Shown here one piece after another: positions 30,461 through 43,900 of a DNA stretch of 64,000 nt. Both the position numbers and the translations under genes were made by a program. This stretch comes from the human T2T-CHM13v2.0 reference genome, Homo sapiens: assembly GCF_009914755.1 (NCBI RefSeq), contig NC_060944.1. One strand, written 5' to 3'. How positions within the stretch are numbered: position 1 is the stretch's first letter; the number at the start of each line of letters is the position of its first letter. The notes under the pieces were generated by a model that did not search any database, was not told the DNA's origin, and saw nothing but the letters and a program-made list of their open reading frames with translations.

Positions 30461-31159
30461 GTTAACGTGAGTTTTACTACACTGGCACCTTGGTGCACTA
30501 TGAAGTGCTATGTGAGGAATCTGGCATCTTTCAGTCAGTCTTGAATCCTAACCAAGGGGACTTTCACATTTATACGATTTTAATGTTCTAAACCTCTCTT
30601 TCTTTCCCTATCTTTGTCCCTCCCAGGACATACAATTTTAATGAATCTTAATATGCCCAAGGCCCCCAGGCAATTAACAATTGAGTAGTACAGGCTTTGG
30701 ACTCAAGTTTTTAGGTTACTAGGGAGACTGACTATAAAGGCAAGGTAGAAGGAAACAGACACTTTAAAAGAGATATAATAGGAGAAGAAACAGTAAATAC
30801 CAAGTTGGGGGCTATTGAGGGTGTCACAGAAAAGATAGTAGTTGAGCTGGGCCTTGAAGATTCATTTTTATTAGGCGGAAAAGAACACAGGAAGGCATGC
30901 CAGGCAATATGAGGAGCATGAACAAAGGCACAGAGGTGTCAGCGGGCACAGAGTCTTCATGGCAACCTAGAGAGGCCAGCGTGGTCAACTATGTTGTCCC
31001 TGTGCTGTGGATGAGAAGGCAGAGTGGGGAGAATGTGGTTACTGGGCCTAGGGCCACAGCCCTCTTTGATAGTAGGAGTAGCTATTAATAGATCAGGGCC
31101 CAGCTTATCCAGCATTAGAGTCCTATCAGGTTTTGTACTGATCTCCACCATACAGGAGC

Positions 31160-31161
<2 letters not shown>

Positions 31162-31190
<29 letters not shown>
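31162..31190 (+). repeat. (TG)14 microsatellite
   Basis: Read directly from the sequence. Confidence 0.95.
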
Positions 31191-31193
<3 letters not shown>

Positions 31194-31760
31194 TACACAA
31201 GTAATGCATGAATAGATTGTCATTCTGAAAATACCAGTGGTACATGAGTAGAGTGAAAAATGAAAGTTTTCCTTCACTACTCTGATCCCTTTCCATTCCT
31301 CTGCCTAGAGGAACCTTGTGAACAGTTAATTATGCAAATGTATTTGTTTCTACTTAAATCATACTGTGCATATTCTGCACCTTGATTTTTTGGGTCATCT
31401 AACAGATCTGTCCAGGTGGTACATGCATATCTACCTTGTGTTTTTTTAATTGGTGCATAGTATTTCATGGTTTGGAAATACCATGACTTATTTAATTATT
31501 TTCTATTAATGGACATTTGATTATTTTAAAATCGGCTTTTATGAAAAATGCTATAGTGAACCTACTTGTACATGTGTCTTTGTGTGCATATATTTCCATA
31601 GGATAGATACCTAAATTTTGAATTCCCAGATTGAAGGGTATGTACATTTTAATGATAGCTACTGCCAATTTTCTCACTGTATTTTTAAATTCTCCCCCCA
31701 GCAGCAGCATCTCTTTTCTTGTGTTCTTGCCCACAATGCATGTGATCAGTCTTTAACATC
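31190..31760 (-). mobile_element. Old L1 (L1M) 3' fragment
   Basis: atggacattt...ggatagataccta...ttttaatgatagctactgccaa motifs. Confidence 0.6.
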
Positions 31761-32671
31761 TTTGCCATTTGTTTTGTTGTTATTTCTGTACTCAGTGGTT
31801 CCTGCATTAGACTCTGTTCCTTTTAGGAGATGGACGGTGTCTTGTTTGTCTCTAGTGCCTACCACAGTACTTGCCTTGCTGTAGGTGTTCAGTAAACATG
31901 AGAGAGCTCATGTAGTCCCTGTCGTCTTTATTACATCCCCATTGCTTGAACCTAAGGATACATTATGAGGAAGCTATGCTGCGGGTAATGATACTGGAAA
32001 TTTAAGAAATTCAGTTTACTTCTTTGAACACCAGTATTTCCTTCGCCCGCTTGGTAGATACACGTCTCTCAATTTGGAGCAGAGTTTCTGCAGGTTATGT
32101 TCACCATCTACATCTTAGGTACCTTAGTGTTACAGTTCATTAACTGGGTTTAAGACAATGTGATTTTATTTAAAAAAATCGGTAGTGTTTTCCATTCAGA
32201 CAAAATGTATATACTATTTTAGTTTTAAAATCTGAGCATATGAAAATTGAAATTGTGCATAAAGAACTTTTTTTTTTCATGTCGAAAAGCAGTTAGGAAA
32301 CTACATTGTGTTTTAACCTTGAGTTCTTGAATTCTCACTGGTGCAGTGTCTTTCGTAATTCTCTAGATCAGCGAGGTGAAATTAAGATGAAAATTGCTAG
32401 AGTGTATTCGGATGAAACTTTCCGGTTGAGATCAGAAACATTCAAATTTATTTTCCCATATATCCAATTGTCATTTTGATCGCATACCCAAAAATGCCTC
32501 TCTTCATTTGACTGCATTTGAGATTCAGTTGACAGTTCTCCTTATGCACCCTCCAATTTGCACTGCCTGATCTTTCTCCTAAACACCACATTGACTAGAG
32601 TGTGCTGTTTCCCTAGAAAGTCCTTTAATAGTTCTTCTCTTCATTTTTGCAGGGACAGAATTACTTAGTTT

Positions 32672-32990
32672 ACTGATTTTCAACCTTTTTGGTCTCAGGA
32701 TCTCCTTGTACTCTTAAATTATTGAATATCCCAAAGTGCTTAGAAAATTCTGGCAAATACAAGAATAGACAAGCACACATTTCATTAGCCATCAGGGCAG
32801 TGATGTCATCATGTCATGGAGCCCTTCAGAAAACTCCATTGTACACTCCTGAAAGAATGAGAGTGAAAAAGGCAAATGGTGTCTTAGATTTATTATAAAA
32901 TAGTTTTGATCTTATAATTCCCTGAAAGGATCTCCAGCCACCCCGCTACCCCATCCTGGGGTCCTAGGACTACACTTTGAGAACTGCTGA
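32672..32990. mobile_element. hAT-Charlie family DNA transposon relic
   Basis: ttttcaacctttttggtctcagga start and cacactttgagaactgctg-type end. Subfamily not assigned. Confidence 0.6.
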
Positions 32991-34800
32991 TTTACTTGGA
33001 TGGAGGGAGCATCATGTTCCCCCAGCAGTGATTGCATTTAGGACTTACCAATTTCTGTGGCTTTCCCAGTGTTTTTGAACTTTGCTGGTCATTTGCTGAT
33101 ATTCACCCTTGTGGTTGAAGGAGAATATCCTGCTGGTCTGAAGCAAATGCACATGGGCAGCCTAGGAAAATATTCTCTGTCATATTAGATGGAATCGATG
33201 ACCCCATCTCAGCCTGGGTTACTGTTTTAATATGTTGCTCTATTGCTTTCCCGTCACCTCTAACTTTATCCTTTCCCCCAGCTGTGAGTCATCTATTGCT
33301 GAAGGTATGCCTAATTCCTAAAGACAGTTCTCTGCAAATAGTAGTGTGTGCTTTAAATGAGTAGGCTCATGAGTAGGCTGTGCTTGGTCAGGCAAAACAG
33401 AAGACGACTGTTATAACAAACTTGAGGGTACATAGATTCATTGAGTACTTGTATGTGCCAGCTATTATTAGGCACTGTATATATATTATCTCTTTTAATC
33501 CTCACTATAGGAAGATAAGGAAATCAGGGTCTAGCAATAAGTTAGTTAATATTCTGTGTCTTCCTTGATCAGGTTGGGACACCACGCTCTGTGTTCCAGT
33601 GACACTTCTCTTGGTAGTACCAGGCATGCTTATAATTAATGGTTTGTAATAGATTATTTATATTTAATGGAGGCCAGAAACTGGGATTATTTTATCTGTT
33701 ATATCCTCAGTGCCTAACACAGTGACTGGCACCTAGTATGTGCCTAGTAAATATTTGTCAATTCACTGTTCATGGCCACACCTCTAGTAAATAGCATGGC
33801 TGGGAGTATGACCCAGGTCAGTCTCATTCCCAAGTCCAGCATTTCTCACGGTATCTTGTTACTCACATAACACTGGACCCAGTATATTTTTGTAATATTT
33901 CCCTGCTTGCAGTTTTATTCTCTGCTTGTTTGTTTTATTTTGATAATTTTCTGACTTCCTAAACTTAAAAGCACTGGGTTAAGACCATATTTGGAAGAAG
34001 AATTTCAAAGTTGGAAGGAACTGAGAAGCACAGTCTATTCTACCATCTAACTCTTGGTATTTTTTTTTTTAATGTCATCCTTTATTAACTATCCCAGTGA
34101 GAAGGATCTAACTTTCCAAAGAAAGCTATTCCATCATTTGGCAGCTTTGACTCTTAAAATTTCAACTCAGAATGAGAAAGCATTTCAACAAATTCTTATA
34201 TGAGATGTATCTAGACTCCTTAGAATCTTGGTTGTTTCCCTGAATTGGTTTCCACATCCCTCCTAAAAGATGGTTCCTTGAACAGATGTCACAAAGTTTT
34301 AGGGTCATTGAATCAGCATAACTCTGTATTGTCCTCTTTTAAGTACCCTAAAACCACCGTAGCACTTGTGGCAGCTGTTTTCATCTGTGCCCCCATTTAC
34401 AGGCATCTCCCAAGTTTCTGTGTTGGACCAAGGCCTGCGTCAGGTGCTGGATGTCCAGAGATGAATAAGAAATTGTCTCTGGCAGAACTGGCTCATGTTC
34501 TGATTTGTATTACAGTTATGGTTCAATAAAGCCATCAAGTTCAGAAAGAAACACATGTGCCCTTATGAAACTGTATCTCTCCCAGCCTTTACATTTGTAC
34601 TTGACTTTTTGGTTCATTGCAGTTTTCTGTGTGGATCCCAGGTATTTTTCCTTTGGTTAGATTTGGCACATCATTATTGCCTGTCAGGAACTTTTGAATT
34701 GATTCTGTCAGCTGCTGTGCTTACTGTCTCTTTAAGCTTTGTGTCATATAACATTTTTTCATTTTGCCCTTTATCTATCTTTGCTCATGTTATTGATTAA

Positions 34801-35352
<552 letters not shown>

Positions 35353-35544
35353 TAGAGGTTTGTTGAGGCCTTTGGGTTCAAGGATTATGTAGATCTCCTG
35401 GCCCATGGAATATTTGAATCCTTCTGCACCAGCCTTACTGAGTCATGATTCTGATTTAGCTTCCACACTTCAAGTGATCTAAAAAAATAATCTATTTGCA
35501 AGCAGAGAAGGAAGCCTTTTAAAAAAAAGGTATTGGGGGAAAAT

Positions 35545-37200
35545 CTTGCTAAAATAGTTATGAAATTTACTTGGAATAATAAGTGAGAACAGGCAAGGAA
35601 ACACTGAAAAATAAAAACAACAAGGGAGTTGTTTGCAGTAACACACATAAAACATACTATAAAGCTATAACAATGTGGAAGTGTGGTCCTGACTCAGGAA
35701 TTTACAGACGAATCAATGAAATGGAGTGAAAAACCCAGAAACAGAATAAAGTACACATTAAAATTTAGTGTATGATAGATGACATTTCTTTAAATCTCTG
35801 GGGAAAGATAGATTATAGTATTGGAGCACTTGGCCAAACATTTGCAGAAAATAAAGTTAGATTTGTGCCCTATATCAATACATTAAAATAAATTTCAGAT
35901 AGATTAAATATTTAAATATATAAACATAAAAATACATCATAAAATATATCTTCTTTTAGCACAGAAAATATCTTGCTCAGGATACATGTAAAATAGAGTT
36001 CATAAAGGCAAAGATTTTGCTACTTGAACTTTTTAAAACCTTTATGTCAAAAGGAAAAAAAAACCTTTATGTCAAAAAGCACAATGTACAAATTAAAGGG
36101 CAAACACTTTTCTCTGATTATTTTTTTTGCAGTGTAGGATAGAGATTAATTTCCTTAATATACGGTGTTTATAAATCTATAAACAAAGTGAGCATCCTAA
36201 TAAGAATGGGCAAAGAAGAAATACAAACAGTAAACATTAGAAGAATGTTAACCATCTTACTATCAGAAATGCAAAATACAAAATGAGTTGTCTTTTCTAT
36301 CTCAAATTGGAGGAGATACTGTTTGTGAAGAGGGTAAGGGGAAATAGGCACTTCATGCACTATTGGTACTTTTCTGGCAAAATATATCAAAATCTATTTA
36401 AGTCATGTGTACTCTTTGACTTGTCCCTTTCCTTCCTGGGAATTTATCCTAACACAGTAATTAGGAATGCATACATCTTAGTGTCATTTGTTAAAGGGAA
36501 AAGAAATGGAAATTATCTGAATGCCTGACAAAGGGGGATTGGTTAATTAAATCACAGTACGTCTACTCAAGGGAATATTGTGTGGCCATTAATCTATGAC
36601 TTAGAACAGGGATTGTAGATAAGCTTAATCGGCCACACCCAGCCTGTGATTGATTCATAGTCTCTTCTTGGAACACTGTGTTGAGAAGGATTCTGAGGCC
36701 AGCCATCTTGGCTCAGCAGGGAAGAGTGCTGTGGTGAGTGAGGGATTTTGCCATGGAGAAGGAGAAGGACCCATAGCAGTTTGTCAGGTATTGGCTTCTC
36801 CTATTGTAGTAGAATAATGATAAGGGGAATTATTTAGCCTATATTAACAACAACAGCAAAATGAATATAGAACTATATACTATATAGGCTTACTTTTTGG
36901 GGGGAAAGTCTGTGAGTTGAGAAGAATGACTTAAACATACAGGCAAACATACATGGTATTGAAGCGGTTGGTCAAACATTCACAGAAAATAAAGTTAGAT
37001 CTTTGCCTTATATCATACACTGAAACAGAATTTAAGAGTCTGTGAGTTGAGAAAAAGGCTTAAACATAAAGAGTATTATCAATGGTTATTTTTGGTTAGT
37101 AGGCTTATGGATAATTTGTTTACATTTTTGAGGGCTTGCTTTTCTTTCCCCGGTTTTCTACAAAAAGTATACTGTAATTGGGAAAAAATATATAAGCATA
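35545..37200 (+). mobile_element. Degraded L1M ORF2/3'UTR fragment in sense orientation
   Basis: aacatactataaagcta, aacccagaaac and cctgggaatttatcct motifs; A-rich + strand. Boundaries approximate. Confidence 0.6.
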
Positions 37201-38541
37201 TACTTAAAAATATTAATGGAGAAAAACAGTAATAGAAATTGTCTAAAATATGGGCATGTTTTAAAGAATTCTAAGTCTCTAGATTTTGTTGCTTACCGAC
37301 TCCAGATTTTTGGAGAAGCTGTATCTACCCAGCCCCACAGCATCTGGAAGTTGATGAGTCCTGTGTGACTTCAAGAGTCCCTGCTTGTGTTCCTTTTCTT
37401 TGTGCCCTCAATTTAATTCAGTAGGCATCTGTGGATATAAGAGACAAAGATACATTTCCTGTCTTTAAGAAGTTTACTTTCTAGAAGAGAAGACAGACAT
37501 ATTACAGTAATAGTAGCAGCAATAGTAATGAGAACAAATACTTACATAGTGCTTTTTATATGGTAGACATTGTTCTCAGTGCTTTATATGTCCTTACTCA
37601 TTTACTCTTTACAGTGGCCCTGTGAGACAGATAACCTTATTGTCCCTATTTACAGAAGAAACTGAGGCATAGAGAGGCTAAGTAGGTGGCTAAGCCAGGT
37701 TCAAACCCAGGTAGTCTGACTCCAGAGTCAGTTTAACCACTGCTTCCTCTCAGTCACTCTCAGTCAGGTATTGTTCAGTTGCCTTACACCAGATTAGCTC
37801 ATTTCCGTCTCAGAACAAACCTTCCTGTCTTGTTCATCCAAGGCTTAATCGGCATTTCTTGTATGTCAAACACCGGGGGAGGGCATGCAGCGTGAATGCA
37901 AAGTAGTTCTGTTCTTAGTGCCTGGGCATAGGTTTGTTGAAAGGTTCAGGTATAGAAATGTGAGTAAAGTATCATGCTGTGTAAAGTTGGTGGTGATTGT
38001 AGGATGCCAGAGACTAGGTCTGCTTTTCTTTGGTATCTGCCTCTGAATCAGCTCCAAAGAGGAGGAAGAGGGAGGGCATTTTTGGATACAGAAAATCTTA
38101 TCTTCTTTGGTAAGGGGAATAACTGGCCCTTGATCTGAAGTGGGAAGTAAGAGAAACCCTTTTTGGATGGGTAGTAGGATAACTATGTTCAGGGCAACAG
38201 AGTGAATTGCCACACCAAGGGGTAATGGTGGCTAATCTATAGGACTGGTGGAAAGATCGTTTAGTGCTACAAAATGCTTCGGGAGCCTCTGAAAGGCAGC
38301 TTGTGACTGCAAGAGTAAGGGAACCCTGTAATGAGATCTGAATCCAAGATTGATTTTTGTAATGAGGAAATCGATTTCCCAAGGAAATTGTGTGACAGTA
38401 TGATGTTTGGATGAGTGTACTTCTTGGTTGGTCTGTTGTAGACACTTTGACAGATTGCCTTGTTGTCTAGATTGTTGCTGTTTGCTCCTCATTGCTGATA
38501 GTGCCCCTTTCCTTCTAATGATGTCTTGTTTTCCCTCCTAG

Positions 38542-38681
38542 GTTCATGGAATCCGAGCTGGACCTAAATGACATCATTCAGGAGATGCACGTGGTGGCCA
38601 CCATGCCAGACCTGTACCACCTTCTGGTGGAGCTGAATGCTGTACAGTCGCTTCTCGGCTTGCTCGGACACGATAATACAG
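38542..38681 (+). CDS. CTNNBL1: CTNNBL1 coding exon 4 (140 nt; K-FMESELDLNDIIQEMHVVATMPDLYHLLVELNAVQSLLGLLGHDNT-D), ending at a U12-type AT donor
   Basis: Acceptor ttccctcctag|G completes AA+G=Lys. Exon ends ACA G|atatccttt, phase 2-1. Confidence 0.96.
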
Positions 38682-39162
38682 ATATCCTTTCAGATCTGAC
38701 CTCAGTAGGAGAGCTGACATGGTGGGGAAGTGCTGTTACTCTCTCTCCTGTCTCTCTTTGTAGATGTGTGCTATAAAATCTGATGTTCTGTTTCCATTCT
38801 AATTATCTTCTGTCTTGAAACACACAATGCTTTTTACTCATTTGAAAACCTGGTTTTTCTCTATTAACAAATCTTGCAAATCTTGGGCAATCCTTAAAAT
38901 TGTCCTATTTGCTCTTATTAGTACTAGAATTCATCGTGATATATCTGTTCATACATTAACAGCTTTACTTTTCAGGATCTGGATTGGAAGGCCCCTTATG
39001 GGGGCAAAGCCAGACAGATTTGAATGTGTAAATCTAGGCATCTTTCTGCTGACTGATGGTCCAGTGGAGTTGAGACTAGAGATAGTGAACCATGGTAAAA
39101 AGCACATTTGGATGTCCAGGAGGACAGGGAAGCTGTTCTGTTTTGTTCATTCCTAGTTCCTA

Positions 39163-39502
<340 letters not shown>

Positions 39503-39645
39503 TTAATATTTGTTGAGTGCATGTTGGACCTAAACAGACAATCTAGGTTTGACTCTCAACCGCATTTTTGTGTGAAAGACGGTGCCCTTCCACAACTTGT
39601 ATTCTTTTTTGCACAGATAGAGTTAATAACTTTTGTCTTTCAGTG

Positions 39646-39918
39646 TTATTTTTATTTTTATTTGTTTTTAGAGACAGGGTCTTGCTTTGTCACCCTGACT
39701 GAAGTGCAGTGGCATAATCATAGCTCACTACAGCCTCAAACTCCTAGGCCTAAGTGATCCTACTCCTTAGCCTCCTGAGGAGGGACTACAGGTGCATACC
39801 ACCATGCCTAGCTAATTTTTTTTTTATTTAATTTTTTGGAGATGGATCTTGCAATGTTGCCCAGGCTGGACTCAATCTCCTGGCCTCAAGTGATTTTGCC
39901 TCAGCCTCTGGAGTAGCT
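39646..39918 (-). mobile_element. AluJ (5' end eroded), inside the U12 intron
   Basis: Antisense Alu with J-type motifs (catagctcac, cagcctcaaactcct). Confidence 0.85.
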
Positions 39919-40646
39919 TTCCATGTTACTGAGAGGATCAAAGGAGTGTATAAGTGCTGAGCACAGTTCTTGATACATAGTAGGTACTTGGTAAATGTTA
40001 CTTGTCACTGAATCTGATTCGTGACTTCCAAAACCATTTTATACTTTATCTTGGCTATCAGGTGTGCAGTAGCTTTATTGCAAAGGCTTTTGATGTGCCT
40101 GTGGACAGGGTTATGTTCATTAAACCAAATTCTCTTCTAGTAGTTGTTCTGTTTGAATCCAGATTTCCAAAGGTAAGAGACAAATGTAGTTAGTCTGCTT
40201 GAGTGATATTCACAGGGAATCTGCTGTTGCTTCATGTTATTTTCATCTTTCTGGTAATCTCTCTCCTGAGAGCGTGTCTGACTAAGTTCTTGCCTGGCTG
40301 ATAATTCTCATAGAAATAAATCAGTGAGTAATTTTAATGCAGGCTTCTTGAAGGGCAGTCTTAAGACATTTCTGATGCTTCATGTAATGTTAGATAGCAT
40401 CAAGAATTGATCTGTTAGCTCCCAGATTTATGACTTTGTTCACCAGGGTTTGCTGTGGGGTTCTGGGTTGTATAAGAACCCTAGTTAGCTTGCTGCTGAG
40501 TGAGCTCAGTGTATGGTCTCATGAAATTCATTCAGTAGAGCTGCTGTGAGTGCTCATGATGTACCAGGCACTGTGCTAGGCCCTTAGGAACCATAAGCTG
40601 TGCTGGTTGCTCAAGCAGCATCAGTCAGTAAGTATATATTGGGTAT

Positions 40647-40970
40647 TGTCTTGGTCTATTTGGGCTGCTATAACAAAATACCGTAAACTGGGTGGCTTAT
40701 AAACAACAAAAATTTATTTCTCACAGTTCTGGAGACTGGGAAGTTCAAGACCAAGGCACCAGCAGTTTTGGTGTCTGGTGTGGGTCTGCTTCCAGGTTTG
40801 TAGATAGCTGTTTTCTCACTGCGTCCTCACATGGTGGAAGGAGTGAGGGAGCTCGCTGTGTCTCTTTTTAGGACACTAATCCCAAGGGCCCCACCTCCAA
40901 GTACCATCACATTGGGGATAGGCTTCAACATATGAATCTGTGGGGGGATATAAACATTCCATCTTTGGCA
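40647..40970 (-). mobile_element. MLT1A-type MaLR solo LTR
   Basis: tgggctgctataacaaaatacc...atttctcacagttctggag...cttcaacatatgaat. Confidence 0.8.
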
Positions 40971-43900
40971 GGTAACTGCCATATGCCTAGCTCTATTCTG
41001 GGCACTAATGGTGTTCACAGACTCAGTGACTACGAGTTCTGGTTGTTACTTCACATTTCAGTTCACCTACAGAAGGGTAGATTTCAGAATCTGATCAGAC
41101 CTTAGAGAGGACTTAGCTCAGTACCTTGTTTGTTTCTACTTAGTGACAAGTGTGAAGTCCAGATGTTGGACAGCTAACTTGAAGTTAAGACAGGCACTCC
41201 AGGTCTGTGATTTTCAGTCCGGTGTTCCTCCAGTGCACCTCAGGTCTTCCTGTGGGATTTACGACATTGCTGACAGAGTCGCATGGTCACCTGTTACCCT
41301 GTATATTATTAGTACAGAAATGACTTATTTTCTTTCTGGAAACACCACTCTCATTCTTTTTTCTATTCCTGCTAACTCAAAATAATAGTAGCTGCTTTTG
41401 GAAGATACTGACATTTTGCTGATTCACCAGCCTGGCTCCTGCCGGGGAGAAGACTGACACAAAAAACGCTGCTCGACATCGGCATATTTGGGAAAGGCAA
41501 GGGCACAGATGTTCCAAGTTGTTAAGTTCTGGTCTTTAAAAAGGGAAAAAACACATCCCCCTATAATAACTTTGACAGATTGCCATTTCCCTCCTGTTTT
41601 CTGAGAGCTAAACTGTTTTTTTTTTCCTCTTGTATGCCAACCTGCACCCAACTGCCCTAATGATATTTTTTAAAATCTGATGTTTAATTATGTCTTACAT
41701 CAAATTTAAAGTGCATTTGAAATTTTTTAAATTACCTTAATTTTAATTAGAGGCAGCAAATAGGGGTAAATGTCATCCTCCTCAAAGTACGATTTTTCTT
41801 GAAAGTGATTTCAGGAAAGGGCAGGTCCTCTTGACTTGCATCTACCATATCCTCTGTTGGTCGTAATGTTGCTCTCCCTGCAACATTGCACTCTGCTGCT
41901 TGTCTTATCTGTGATCTATAATAGAAATTTTTCTTCAGGAAACGGTTGTTAACAATTTACTGTTGTACAGCTGTAACTGCCCAAAACACCTTAGCATGAA
42001 TAAACAATTTCATGGCAGTCATGACTTAAATTTTTAATCTTTTTTAACTCTTCATTTATCAACCAAGACCATATATGGCTGGTTATGTTCCCAGCAAGCA
42101 CAGGTCATCTTTGCTTCATCCTCCTCTGTGAAAACATAAACTGTAGGGATTTTAATTCAATCAGAGCCTGGTTTGTTGTAACCTTAAGAGGCAGAGGATG
42201 TGAGAAAACAGCTTGTGCCTCATCCTTTCAACCGTGAGAAGCAGCTTCAGAGTTTATTCTGGCGCTCTGCATCACTGCTGCTGGTGAGGGCTTGTCAGCG
42301 CTTCTGTGCCTCATCTGCCCCCTTGAGAGGCTGGAGCCCAGCTATCGGTTGGCTGCAGAATGGATTCTGATCTGTGAAGAGCATATCTTGGGGGTGGGGA
42401 GCACACACCTCACATGGTTTTGGAGGGTTACTCTAAATGCAGTCGGAGGCAGCAGAAGGTGGAATCCAGCAGCTGCTGCCTTTTCAAAATAATGCTTTTT
42501 AAACACTTTTTCCTTTAAAGTAATTCATTAAACGTGTTTAGAGCTCCTTTCTTGTGAACCTTTTAGAGTGTTTCTATGGAAAAATAAAACCAAAGGTACA
42601 TTTAAAGATATTTTCTTAAGGTATTGCTAAAAAATCCATTTTTGTGGACTGCTTTAAGCCAGATTTACTCAGTTGGCCCAAAGGAACAAGGAGGAATAAA
42701 AGGGAAAAAAACAAACCACAACAACGATCACATGGCACCAAATTGATAAATATTCTGTTTTTGTATGTCTTTTGCCATGTTCTTAATTTGAGTGGTCAGT
42801 TGAGTCCCTTCTAAAGTTTTTTTGGTAGATCACTGTTATTTACTGGGTTCTTCCTTTGTATGCTAAGTGTGTTGGATGCTAATAAAAAATAATAACTCCA
42901 GTTTAAAGCAAAAACTCTCAAATTACCACCCTCCCCCACCATGGTGTGTGTGGAAAGTGCCTTGGGAACAGTATGCTCAGGAAACACCACTGATTGGAGC
43001 CCTGAGAAGGTGTGGGTCATCTCTGGCTTGGGGGTGTGGGGAGTGGAGATGGGTAAGCTTTTGACAGACATGGAGATTAGCATGCATTTCAGGTTTATTT
43101 TTGTAGTCTCTCCCTTTGCAGTGGAAATTGCCATTCCTCCTACTCCGGATGGAAGCTGATGTGGTCTTGCTGGCTGCCCATGTAGTCACTACAAATTTAT
43201 CAAGGTATCGGGTCCATGGCTTAATTAAAAAAAAAAATCATGACTACTGCTTCCCAGCTAAATGCCTTTATTCTTTAATAATAATAATAATAATAATCCA
43301 GTAATCTAAACCCAATTTATTCAAAGTCAGCTTTCTCTCCACCCCTTTGTGAGACAGAAAAATGAGGTCTCATTGTGATGTTAACTTAAGGCACCAGTAC
43401 ATTGGGTTGCATGCTAATATTTAAGCAGGGAAAAATTTTTAAGTGGCAGAGTAGATCATTGTGCTGATGGGGCAGCTCTTTTTGGTGTGGAATAATTTAG
43501 GGAGTGGTCATTAACACTGTTCTTTTCCAAATGACTGTTTAGTTTTCTTCTGATTCTAGAAAACCAGGAGAACTTACAGAGTTGTCAAGTGAGTTTTGTG
43601 AAGAATTACTGTGGGAATTCGGAAAATACGGAGGAGACAGGTTTTTTAGACCAACAGGGATCAACTGAACTTGAGTAGTCTGGGTCTGAGAATACTAAAG
43701 TGGAACAAACTGACTGAGACTTACCGTGTTATCCCAGAAGGTGCGTACAGTAGTCAAGGGTGCCTTGTGTTACAGACCCAGTGCTAATGAGCAAGAATAG
43801 GGCTGGGAAGGATTTGAGCCCCCTAAGGGGCTTTCTTCTAATTGGACTGGGAGGGAGTTGGTATTTGCTCCATTGCTGTCCCGTAAGCACTGTCTAACAA

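Noticed and set aside
38546-38776. ORF-track extensions beyond the exon boundaries (also 24944-25231, 29374-29571, 49635-49859, 57232-57522, 59930-60172)
   Set aside because: They are read-through into introns. True exon limits are set by the splice signals and frame continuity.
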